Below, piece by piece: positions 8,294 through 16,144 of a DNA stretch of 24,105 nucleotides. A model generated the notes under the pieces. That model worked only from the letters and a program-made list of their open reading frames with translations. It was not told where the DNA came from and searched no databases. The stretch is taken from assembly GCA_027297425.1 (NCBI GenBank), contig JAPUIC010000103.1, positions 1-24,105 on the forward strand, read 5' to 3'. This DNA comes from Nitrososphaerota archaeon (GTDB lineage: Archaea > Thermoproteota > Nitrososphaeria > Nitrososphaerales > JAPUIC01). Each line of letters starts with the position of its first letter. Position 1 is the first letter of the stretch. The position numbers were made by a program, and so were the translations under genes.

Positions 8294-9733
8294 ATGAAAA
8301 AAATTTCTGACGTAGTTTGGGAGATTCCTAAAAGCTACAAAGCAGGTATGCTAACTCCTGCCAGGATAATTGCCACGAAGAAGATACTACAAGAGATGGA
8401 TGAACAAGTATACGAACAGTTGACCAATGTTGCAACCTTACCGGGACTGATTAATCACGCGCTGTGCATGCCCGATGGTCATAGCGGTTACGGTTTTCCG
8501 ATAGGTGGGGTAGCAGCCATGGATGCTGAGAACGGCGTTATCTCCCCAGGAGGTATAGGATTTGACATCAATTGCGGAATGAGGCTCGTACTTACAAACT
8601 TGACTGCCGACGATGTTAAGCCACATCTCAAGAAATTAGTTGATGAACTCTACCTAAAGGTACCTGCAGGAGTAGGTAGTAAGGGTTTTGTGAAGCTCAG
8701 TCATAATGAGTTCAAGGAAGCTGTTGAAATGGGTGCAAAATGGTGTGTTGAGAAGGGTTATGGTTGGGAGGAGGATCTAAGGCGGATCGAAGAAGATGGC
8801 TGCATGGAGGGTGCTGATTCCTCGAAAATATCGATTAGATCCATTCAACGGGGAGTTGATCAGATCGGAACTCTTGGGTCTGGGAACCATTATCTTGAGA
8901 TTCAAGTTGTAAAGCCAGAGTTCATCTTCGATAAAGACGCCGCCAAAACTCTTGGAATATTCCCTAATCAAGTAGTAATAATGTTTCATTGTGGGAGTAG
9001 AGGATTCGGTCATCAGGTAGCAACCGACTATCTTCAAACATTCTTATCGGTCATGCATAGCAAGTACGGTATACGAATCCTTGACAGAGAGCTGGCTTGT
9101 GCCCCCTTTAATTCGCCAGAGGGTCAAAATTATTTCGCAGGAATGAAATGCGGGGTCAATATGTCATTCATGAATAGGCAGGTAATTCTTCATCGTATTA
9201 GAGAGGTCTTCTCATCTATATTTCGCTCGGAACCAGAGGATCTAGGCCTACATATGGTATACGATGTCGCTCATAATACAGCTAAACTCGAGAAGCATAC
9301 CGTAAATGGGGAGAAAAAAGAAGTATTGGTACATAGAAAGGGAGCCACTAAGGCTTTTGGTCCGAATTCAGAAGGGCTTCCTCCTGAATTTGCTAAGCTC
9401 GGTCAACCTGTAATCATCGGTGGTAGTATGGAGACAGGGTCGTATCTTCTACTGGGGACTGAGACTGCTATGAAAGAAAGTTTCGGGAGCACTTGTCATG
9501 GAAGCGGTAGGACTATGAGTCGAACTAGAGCCAGACACCTTTTCCGAGGCGATAAGCTACAAAGAGATATGGAGCAGAGAGGAATATATGTCAAAAGCGT
9601 CTCATATTCCGGTTTAGCGGAAGAAGCTGGAGCAGCCTACAAGGACATAGACGAGGTTGTAGGGGCAGTAGATCAGGCGGGAATTTCCAAGAAAGTAGTT
9701 CGGTTCATACCTATAGGGAACGTTAAGGGTTAA
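8294..9733 (+). CDS. rtcB: RNA-splicing ligase RtcB (3'-phosphate/5'-OH ligase)
   Basis: Motifs MPDGHSGYGFPIGGV, GSGNHYLE, HCGSRGFGHQ, AHNTA and CHGSGR. I prefer ATG 8294 (MKKISDVVWEIPK, which aligns with archaeal RtcB N-termini) over the track's TTG 8282. No intein. Confidence 0.95.
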   Translation: MKKISDVVWEIPKSYKAGMLTPARIIATKKILQEMDEQVYEQLTNVATLPGLINHALCMPDGHSGYGFPIGGVAAMDAENGVISPGGIGFDINCGMRLVLTNLTADDVKPHLKKLVDELYLKVPAGVGSKGFVKLSHNEFKEAVEMGAKWCVEKGYGWEEDLRRIEEDGCMEGADSSKISIRSIQRGVDQIGTLGSGNHYLEIQVVKPEFIFDKDAAKTLGIFPNQVVIMFHCGSRGFGHQVATDYLQTFLSVMHSKYGIRILDRELACAPFNSPEGQNYFAGMKCGVNMSFMNRQVILHRIREVFSSIFRSEPEDLGLHMVYDVAHNTAKLEKHTVNGEKKEVLVHRKGATKAFGPNSEGLPPEFAKLGQPVIIGGSMETGSYLLLGTETAMKESFGSTCHGSGRTMSRTRARHLFRGDKLQRDMEQRGIYVKSVSYSGLAEEAGAAYKDIDEVVGAVDQAGISKKVVRFIPIGNVKG

Positions 9734-9749
9734 TTAAATCGCAGAACAT

Positions 9750-10649
9750 ATGAAGACACCCGTTTCGATCCTAACAGGATATCTCGGTAGTGGAAAAACT
9801 ACTCTCCTACGGCGGATATTGAATGAGACCACAAAGAAGGTAGCGGTTATTATCAACGAGTTTGGAGATATCGGAATTGATGGGAGAGTGATCAAGGGCA
9901 AGAATGTCAATATGATCGAGCTGACGGGAGGTTGTGTCTGTTGCTCTTTAGAAGGAGAGTTCAAAGCCGCCATCAAAGAAATAATTACGAAGACAAATCC
10001 TGAATTAATCTTGGTCGAGACGACAGGTGTGGCAGAACCGGAAGCAATTGCTTTCGACCTAGAAGAAAGCCTTCCAGAAGTTAGACTGGATTCCGTTATC
10101 ACTGTGGTTGATGCGGACGGGATCATGATGTTCCCTAGCATAGGCCATACTGGACGGGTTCAGATCGAGATGGGAGATGTAATTCTCGTAAATAAGATAG
10201 ATTTAGTTAATCCTAGAGATATCATAAAGGTAGAGAAGAAGCTCCACGAAATTAACGGGAAAGCTACACTTTTTCGAACGTATAAATGTGAAATTGATTC
10301 TGAGTTACTCTTTGGGACATATACAACTAAAACCACTGAACAGATGCACAAACACAAACATGACCCAAAGATAGATTTATTCCAAATTTCAGTCGACCAA
10401 GAGATTCAAAGAGAAGGGCTCTCTGATTTTTTATCGTCACTACCCAGAGAGGTGTACCGAGCGAAGGGATTGATTGTGATAAAGAATCATGGGTTGCACC
10501 TTCTGAACTACGTTGTAGGTCGATGGGATCTGGAACCTATGCCCGGTAATTATTCATCTGGAAATCAATTAGTCTTCATCGGAGAGAGAGTAGGAAGTAA
10601 GAAAAAAGTGATAACCGAAAAGTTGAACGAAGTATTGATGAGAAAGTAG
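9750..10649 (+). CDS. COG0523-family (CobW/YjiA-like) metallochaperone GTPase
   Basis: P-loop GYLGSGKTTLL, the hallmark CxCC motif (GGCVCCSLEG), NKIDL, and a His-rich linker EQMHKHKHDPK. It lies 16 nt downstream of rtcB. Confidence 0.88.
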   Translation: MKTPVSILTGYLGSGKTTLLRRILNETTKKVAVIINEFGDIGIDGRVIKGKNVNMIELTGGCVCCSLEGEFKAAIKEIITKTNPELILVETTGVAEPEAIAFDLEESLPEVRLDSVITVVDADGIMMFPSIGHTGRVQIEMGDVILVNKIDLVNPRDIIKVEKKLHEINGKATLFRTYKCEIDSELLFGTYTTKTTEQMHKHKHDPKIDLFQISVDQEIQREGLSDFLSSLPREVYRAKGLIVIKNHGLHLLNYVVGRWDLEPMPGNYSSGNQLVFIGERVGSKKKVITEKLNEVLMRK

Positions 10650-10779
10650 ACCTGAAGGTAGGTCATTCCAAAAGGTGGTCTCAACTCTTTCAAGGTTATC
10701 AATACTATGCCCTTAAAGGAGACATTTACTCGTTTTGCTCCCGTTACAAAATTGAGTCTGAAGAACCCGTAGTCATAGG

Positions 10780-11865
10780 TCAAGGTTTGATTAGAGCTTT
10801 GATCGAACGGCTATAAGGTGGCTTAGCTATCCCTCGCTCGGTTACAATAGTATCGATGAGATGAGGAGGAGTCAAATCAAAAGCTGGATTTAGAATTGGA
10901 ACGCCCTTTGCAGCAATTCGCTTTCCTCTGATCGTTGTTACTTCCGCTGGGTCTCTCTCTTCGATTGTGATGTCCTTAGTATCAGACTGCAGATCGAATG
11001 ATGATGATGGAGCTGCCACGATAAACGGTATGTTGAACGTCTTTGCAAGAATCGCTAACTGAGAGGTCCCTATCTTGTTAAAGATGTGGCCATCACGCAT
11101 TATACGATCTGCGCCCACTATTACCTTATCGACCATACCGTTAGCCATTATATGGCCTACAGCAGTATCTGTGAGCAATTTGCATTGGAACCCATCCCTA
11201 GCCAGCTCAAACGCAGTTAATCTAGAGCCCTGTAGGGCTGGCCGTGTTTCTGGGACGTAAACAGTGATTCGTTTACCTTGTTTTTTAGCTGTCCTCAGTA
11301 TTCCTAAAGCAGTACCATAACCGACTGTTGCGAGTGCTCCCGCGCTCTGCTGACCTAAAGGTCATTTACAGTGTGTGAGCACGCTATCGCCATCATGGAG
11401 TAACTTAGAGCCATGTTCACCCATTTTCAGATTTCCAGCTACATCATCTTCGGCCATTTTGAGAGCGCTCTTTTTCACGGCGGCTTTAATGTTGGTCCCG
11501 TCTTTTAGTGCTTTTTTGCCATCCTTCAGAACTACGTCCGTGGCCCAGACAATATTTACCGCTGTCGGCCGAGTCTTCACCAATTCTCTGGATGCATGCT
11601 CTAGCTCCCGGATGAGTTCCTCGCTAGTCCCATTAGTTTTTGTAGCTACGAGGGCCATTCCCATGGCTGCAGTAACGCCTATGGCTGGAGCACCTCTTAC
11701 AACCATTTTTTTTATCGAACGAACAATGTCGTTAAGAGTTTTGCACTTTACGAAGGTCAGAGAGTTTGGGAGTTTTGTCTGATCTATGAGAACAACTGAA
11801 TTGTCCTCCTCGTCCCACTTGACGGTTCGCATCGAGTAGAAGGTTTCCATGTCTAAAGTTTCCAA
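10780..11865 (-). CDS. mtnA: S-methyl-5-thioribose-1-phosphate isomerase-like protein (MtnA / aIF-2B family), interrupted by a 21-nt insert carrying the only in-frame stop
   Basis: The track's two ORFs (11362..11865 and 10780..11178) share one frame, which is open throughout except for TGA at 11362-11364. Family motifs: [91 protein letters not shown]. After removing 11345..11365 the product is 354 aa. Confidence 0.85.
11345..11365 (-). other. putative BHB-type pre-mRNA intron (21 nt) within the mtnA-like CDS
   Basis: In mRNA sense: ..CUGU AA|A UGACCUUUAGGUCA GCAG AG|C.. The 4-bp helix is CUGU/GCAG. The 3-nt bulges AAA and AGC lie on opposite strands, and the hairpin is UGACC-UUUA-GGUCA. Excision joins UGU AA|C GCG, restoring Cys-Asn-Ala-Gly of the conserved THCNAG motif. 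Confidence 0.6.
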
Positions 11866-11903
11866 AAGGTCTAATTAAGCGTGTCTGACGAGTCCAGAAT
11901 ATA

Positions 11904-12467
11904 TTGAGTGAAGAAACAAGTACCGAAGAGGAGCTAACAACTTTTGTTGGTCAGTTATCCGCCAACGGAGTAACGCTTACCGATACTTTGGTTATTGAGG
12001 AGTTGACTAAAAGAGGTTATGGCGATATGGAGAAGAAGAAACTGGTGCTGAGGGATTACGAAATGCTGTACCTCACCCAAGTAGGAAAGATGACTGTCCT
12101 CAGGGGTAAGAAGCAGGTGAAATATGAGGATCTGGTGGAAGAAGCTCTTGAACGAGATTCCACTGCTTGGACTCGATTTCTTGTGTATCGAGACCTCAGG
12201 AGTAGAGGATATGTTGCTAAAGAAGGGTTCGGCTTTGGAGTAGATTTCAGATTATATGATAGGGGAGACTTCGGGGGCAAGGCTGCCAGATATGTTGTCT
12301 TCGGACTAAATGAGGGGACAGAGAAAGAAGCAGAGAGTTTTCGAAAAGTAGGGGAGGATATCTTGAAGATGGGCAAAGAGCCAATATTGGCCGTTGTAGA
12401 AAGAAGAGGTGAGATCATCTACTATAAAGTGTCGAAGTGGAGGCCTACGAAGTCAACTCCGAAGTAA
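11904..12467 (+). CDS. endA: tRNA-splicing endonuclease (EndA-family) subunit, probably non-catalytic/structural
   Basis: The C-terminal domain FLVYRDLRSRGYVAKEGFGFGVDFRLYDRG....YVVF...KEPILAVVERRGEIIYYKV aligns with M. jannaschii EndA (YLVYKDLRTRGYIVKTGLKYGADFRLYERG..EHSVYLV..KKLLIAIVD..IVYY, from memory). The whole 187-aa ORF contains no histidine. TTG is the only available start upstream of the conserved N-domain. Confidence 0.85.
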   Translation: MSEETSTEEELTTFVGQLSANGVTLTDTLVIEELTKRGYGDMEKKKLVLRDYEMLYLTQVGKMTVLRGKKQVKYEDLVEEALERDSTAWTRFLVYRDLRSRGYVAKEGFGFGVDFRLYDRGDFGGKAARYVVFGLNEGTEKEAESFRKVGEDILKMGKEPILAVVERRGEIIYYKVSKWRPTKSTPK

Positions 12468-12492
12468 CCATTGAGAGTTTTCGATACTAAAA

Positions 12493-13338
12493 ATGGGGAT
12501 TCCAGGCTATTTAGAAATACTTAGACCTGCCAATTCTATAATGGTTGGGTTCGCAGTCATTGTTGGTTCGCTGATCGCCCAGCCTTTTCTGAGTTTTGAT
12601 TACAGCGTATTGTTATCTGGTTTCCTAACGGGATTCCTGATATCTTCCTTTGCGATGGTCATAAATGATTACTATGATGCCGAGGTTGACAGACTGAACC
12701 AGCCTGGCCGGCCTTTACCTAGCAATAGAGTCACGGTTAGAGGAGTCAAGACCCTAAGTATTTTGTTGTTGGTCTCCGGACTGCTATCTTCATTTTATCT
12801 CGGATTCTTGACCCTGATCATAGCAACTATCTTCGCCTTTATTTCATGGTTGTATAGCTATCGTGTTAAAAAAATTGGAATGTTCGGGAATTCTCTGGTT
12901 GCTTTATCATTGGCGATTCCGTATATTTATGGAGGTTTCGCAGTACTATTTCCTTGGGACGAATTGGTATGGTTTCTCGCTGTTACGTCATTCTCGGCTG
13001 GAATGGGTAGAGAGATAGTCAAGACAATTTCAGACGTTGAGGGAGACCGCCTCCGTGATATCAGATCGGTTGCCTTGATGTTAGGTCCAAAGAAAGCCGC
13101 CCTTTTTGGGTCTATATTTTTTCTAGGAGCCATACTACTCAGCCTAGGCCCATTATTTCGATCTCTGGTTGGTCTCCCATATTTTATTCTGATCCCTGTC
13201 CCTTGGGCAATATTCGTTTATTCTTCATTCAGCATTATGAGAACTCCTTCATCGCAGGGAGCTATCCGGATCAAGAAATTAGCCTTGGTCGGAATGATGT
13301 TTGGGCTATTTGCTTACTTAGCTGAAGGCATTTTATAG
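12493..13338 (+). CDS. UbiA-family prenyltransferase, digeranylgeranylglyceryl-phosphate synthase-like
   Basis: 281 aa and polytopic. The first Asp-rich motif is NDYYDAEVDRLNQPGRPLPS and the second is KTISDVEGDRLRDIRS. The size and motifs match archaeal DGGGP synthases. Confidence 0.82.
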   Translation: MGIPGYLEILRPANSIMVGFAVIVGSLIAQPFLSFDYSVLLSGFLTGFLISSFAMVINDYYDAEVDRLNQPGRPLPSNRVTVRGVKTLSILLLVSGLLSSFYLGFLTLIIATIFAFISWLYSYRVKKIGMFGNSLVALSLAIPYIYGGFAVLFPWDELVWFLAVTSFSAGMGREIVKTISDVEGDRLRDIRSVALMLGPKKAALFGSIFFLGAILLSLGPLFRSLVGLPYFILIPVPWAIFVYSSFSIMRTPSSQGAIRIKKLALVGMMFGLFAYLAEGIL

Positions 13339-13431
13339 GCTACTCAAATTTAATAAGATACAATATAGCTATGGTTTCAGCTTATTACCATTTGGGTGGT
13401 GATATGGTTTTAGCTTGTTACTAGAAGCTGG

Positions 13432-14430
13432 TTAAGGCTCGGATTGATCCTTAGCATGACCGATTTCCAATTTTTTTGATGAACCCCCCAATGATCCTAG
13501 ATGTGCTAAAAGTGCGGCCATCTGTATATCCGGGTTTGCGCCACGAACGAGGCGATAGTCATACTCTGAGATCAACTTCGCAATCTCACCTAAGTTGGGA
13601 TCGTCTATCCTGAAGAGTTCATCACCTGCATATTTGATAAAATCTGCTTCGGATAGTCCTTGAACTTTGGTCAACTGTATTAACTCCGACCTAGCTTTTG
13701 AAAATTGTCCGTCTAATGCTAGATTAATGATCTCGCCAACCTTTCCCTTATGAGTAATACCACTAACTCTTTCTATAGTTTCGGCATCTATCTTGTCCAG
13801 TAGTGAAGCGCCTTGAAGGAGGTTTATGGCCTGCCTCATATCACCGTTTGAAATATCATAAATTTTTGATAGTCCGGCTTCATCACATTGCAAACTTTCA
13901 TCGCGGCAAATCTTCTCTAAACGACTTACTACTTCCTCTTTTGGGAGACGTGGAAATCTGATGATAGCGCATCTACTTTGTAAGGGTTCGATTATTCCAG
14001 AAGAGTAATTGCAGACCATTATGAATCTCGTGAACCTCGAACTCTCCTCCATGATTCGTCGTAGAGCGGTTTGAGCGCTATTCGTCATTTCATCTGCTTC
14101 ATCTAGTATTATTATTCTATATGGGGCATTCATTGCTAGATGTCGAGAAAAGATCTTAACCTTATCCCTGACGTCTCCGATACCTCTCTCGTCTGACGCG
14201 TTCATTTCCAAGGTATAATCTCTCCAAGGCTCACCCAGGATCTTCTGAGCTACAATCAAGGCAGCAGAAGTCTTCCCGGTTCCCGGCGGCCCAGAGAACA
14301 ACAAATGGGGCATTTCTTTCGGATTCTCTAATAGTGAACCTAGCCTAGTGACAACATTAGACTGACCTATTAGGTCTCGTATTTCATGAGGCCTATATTT
14401 CTCAACCCACATCTGCCCTTCGGAAGACAC
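13432..14430 (-). CDS. rfcS: replication factor C small subunit
   Basis: WVEKYRP, Walker A GPPGTGKTS, ILDEADEMT, and the SRC motif (QSRCAIIRF). 332 aa, no intein. Confidence 0.95.
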   Translation of the reverse strand: MSSEGQMWVEKYRPHEIRDLIGQSNVVTRLGSLLENPKEMPHLLFSGPPGTGKTSAALIVAQKILGEPWRDYTLEMNASDERGIGDVRDKVKIFSRHLAMNAPYRIIILDEADEMTNSAQTALRRIMEESSRFTRFIMVCNYSSGIIEPLQSRCAIIRFPRLPKEEVVSRLEKICRDESLQCDEAGLSKIYDISNGDMRQAINLLQGASLLDKIDAETIERVSGITHKGKVGEIINLALDGQFSKARSELIQLTKVQGLSEADFIKYAGDELFRIDDPNLGEIAKLISEYDYRLVRGANPDIQMAALLAHLGSLGGSSKKLEIGHAKDQSEP

Positions 14431-14463
14431 TATAATTCCCCAACTTCGGTCGTGATAACCATT

Positions 14464-16116
14464 TTAAACATTATCAGTTTTCAGCTTGTCACGTATCAGG
14501 GTGGCTTCCTTGTCAAATACTCGTCTAGTGCTGTCATCTGGAATTAATCGTTCAGTGAATTCGGTCCGATTATATGCATGGGCTAACAGTAAAAACTGCA
14601 TGTCATATGCAGTTGCTTTAGCAAATGATTCGTGGTGATTATAACCCACTTGTCTAGCAATAGATCTCAATATTTTAGAATCGTTCCATACTCTAAAACG
14701 GATAGTCCAGAACGCTGGATCATGTTCGTGAAATGACCAATCGTCGGCCTTTACAGAGAATAATATTGAGGCCAGCTGAGTATCGAAGTATTTGAGGAAT
14801 CGATATCTCTTTTCAATTTCTATTGTCCGGACCAGTAAGTCTAGGTCGGATAGAGCTCTTAGTGATGTAAGTAGTCTATCACTCGGGATGGACTTTGTGT
14901 TCGATATGATATTTTGGAAGGCAGCTCTGATCTTTTCCATGACATTCGATACATCACAATCGGAGAGTGCTGCGCGTGCTTCATTATAATCATGGGCCAT
15001 GAATACCTTATTGAACGTCTCCCTCATGCTAAGTCGGGAGTCACGTTCGAAGAACTTGGCAATGCCATGCTCTTCTTTGTTGGCTTGGAGTGTGTTTAGG
15101 GCGCCTCTAAAGTCGCCTCGAGAACTTCTAACTAACTCCTCCAACTTCACGTCGCTCATGACTAAATTCTCTTTCTCCAAAACTGATGTAAGGTAGAGAC
15201 CTATCTGTCGTGGGAGAGCCCTATTCAATCTAAGAAGAAGTACGTTCTTTGAGTTATACCCTGCTATCTTTTGAACACGAGCGTCATATTCTGAATTTGC
15301 AGACATTACCAGAGGAAGAGATTTCGCAGCAATAATTTCCTTAATGAAGTCAGCTCCTCCATAATCATCTCTTCCATACATGCCATCGACTTCATCTAGG
15401 AAGATGAGCCGTTTCTCTGAGAATAGAGATGATGAGGTTAATGCGGGACCTAATGCTGATCGCATTTTCTCTCTGGTCCGGACGTCGCTAGCATTGAGCT
15501 CCATCATGCTATAACCAAGCTCAGCTGATCCAGTTTGTACGAGTGTGCTCTTTCCGGTTCCGGGTCCCCCGACTAAGAGAACTGGCTTATCGCCTGCCTT
15601 CCAATTTGAAAGCCACTTCAAGAATTTGATTCGAACTGCCTCATTAGACACTAACGCGGAAACAACCAAAGGTCGGTATCGTTCTGCCCACATGACGCCA
15701 TCTCGATCTGGCGGAGGTGTCCTTGGAATCGCGTGTTCACCATCCATGAGGTCGTTTATGCCACTGGCGAACGCAAGAGAATATTCTCCAAGATTTTCCG
15801 CGCCTTGCTTATGACTCTCGCAGAGACAGAATTTAGAATCTCTAGGACAGATGTCAAAATAAGTACAACTCTTACAATCAATTTTTTCTCTACAGGTAAA
15901 ACATTTGATCTCCGATAGAGTAGTTGCAACCGTAACCGTTTCGCTTAAGGCAGTCCCTATCAGATCAAGTGCATTTTTCAAATTAGTCCGATCATCAACC
16001 ATAAACCCCTTATCATGATCATACTTTACCCCAGACCTCATCAGCGCAGCGAAAACCTCTCTGTCCAACCGAGGAAGACGGAACCGTTCATTTGGTATTA
16101 TTTCGATACTATTCAC
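14464..16116 (-). CDS. rfcL: replication factor C large subunit with an N-terminal extension of about 141 aa that is Cys-rich
   Basis: From residue 142: MWAERYRP, GGPGTGKST, FLDEVDG, then the helical C-terminal region. Residues 1-141 are in frame with no stop and contain CFTCREKIDCKSCTYFDICPRDSKFCLC. Confidence 0.85.
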   Translation of the reverse strand: MNSIEIIPNERFRLPRLDREVFAALMRSGVKYDHDKGFMVDDRTNLKNALDLIGTALSETVTVATTLSEIKCFTCREKIDCKSCTYFDICPRDSKFCLCESHKQGAENLGEYSLAFASGINDLMDGEHAIPRTPPPDRDGVMWAERYRPLVVSALVSNEAVRIKFLKWLSNWKAGDKPVLLVGGPGTGKSTLVQTGSAELGYSMMELNASDVRTREKMRSALGPALTSSSLFSEKRLIFLDEVDGMYGRDDYGGADFIKEIIAAKSLPLVMSANSEYDARVQKIAGYNSKNVLLLRLNRALPRQIGLYLTSVLEKENLVMSDVKLEELVRSSRGDFRGALNTLQANKEEHGIAKFFERDSRLSMRETFNKVFMAHDYNEARAALSDCDVSNVMEKIRAAFQNIISNTKSIPSDRLLTSLRALSDLDLLVRTIEIEKRYRFLKYFDTQLASILFSVKADDWSFHEHDPAFWTIRFRVWNDSKILRSIARQVGYNHHESFAKATAYDMQFLLLAHAYNRTEFTERLIPDDSTRRVFDKEATLIRDKLKTDNV

Positions 16117-16144
16117 CCTATAATCCAGAGGTCTGGGATAGCAC

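Noticed and set aside
10649-10664. Hairpin GACCU-N6-AGGUC overlapping the COG0523 stop codon, sharing AATGACCT..AGGTC (minus-strand sense) with the hairpin of the putative mtnA intron; possible family of small palindromic insertions
   Set aside because: Shared 8-mers between a 21-nt element and 48 kb of two-strand sequence are expected several times by chance. Loop sizes differ (6 versus 4 nt) and there are only two copies. It would be worth a genome-wide search but is not supportable from this window.
10565-10783. 72-aa minus-strand ORF spanning the cobW-like 3' end and the spacer
   Set aside because: It overlaps the 3' ends of both the COG0523 gene and the mtnA-like gene. The sequence is featureless and no promoter context is visible.
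11362-11364. In-frame TGA in the mtnA-like gene read as selenocysteine or programmed read-through
   Set aside because: The TGA lies in a 7-codon insert that disrupts the catalytic THCNAG loop. No homologue I know has Sec there, and read-through would still leave the disruptive insert. The flanking hairpin is better explained as the inner helix of a BHB motif than as a SECIS element.
10780-11865. Treating 11362..11865 and 10780..11178 as two separate genes, as the ORF track suggests
   Set aside because: Both pieces are in the same frame. The 183 nt between them encode the missing conserved middle of the family ([26 protein letters not shown].EL). The TTG 'start' at 11178 is simply an internal Leu codon. 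A simple pseudogene with one lesion cannot be fully excluded; see the first finding.
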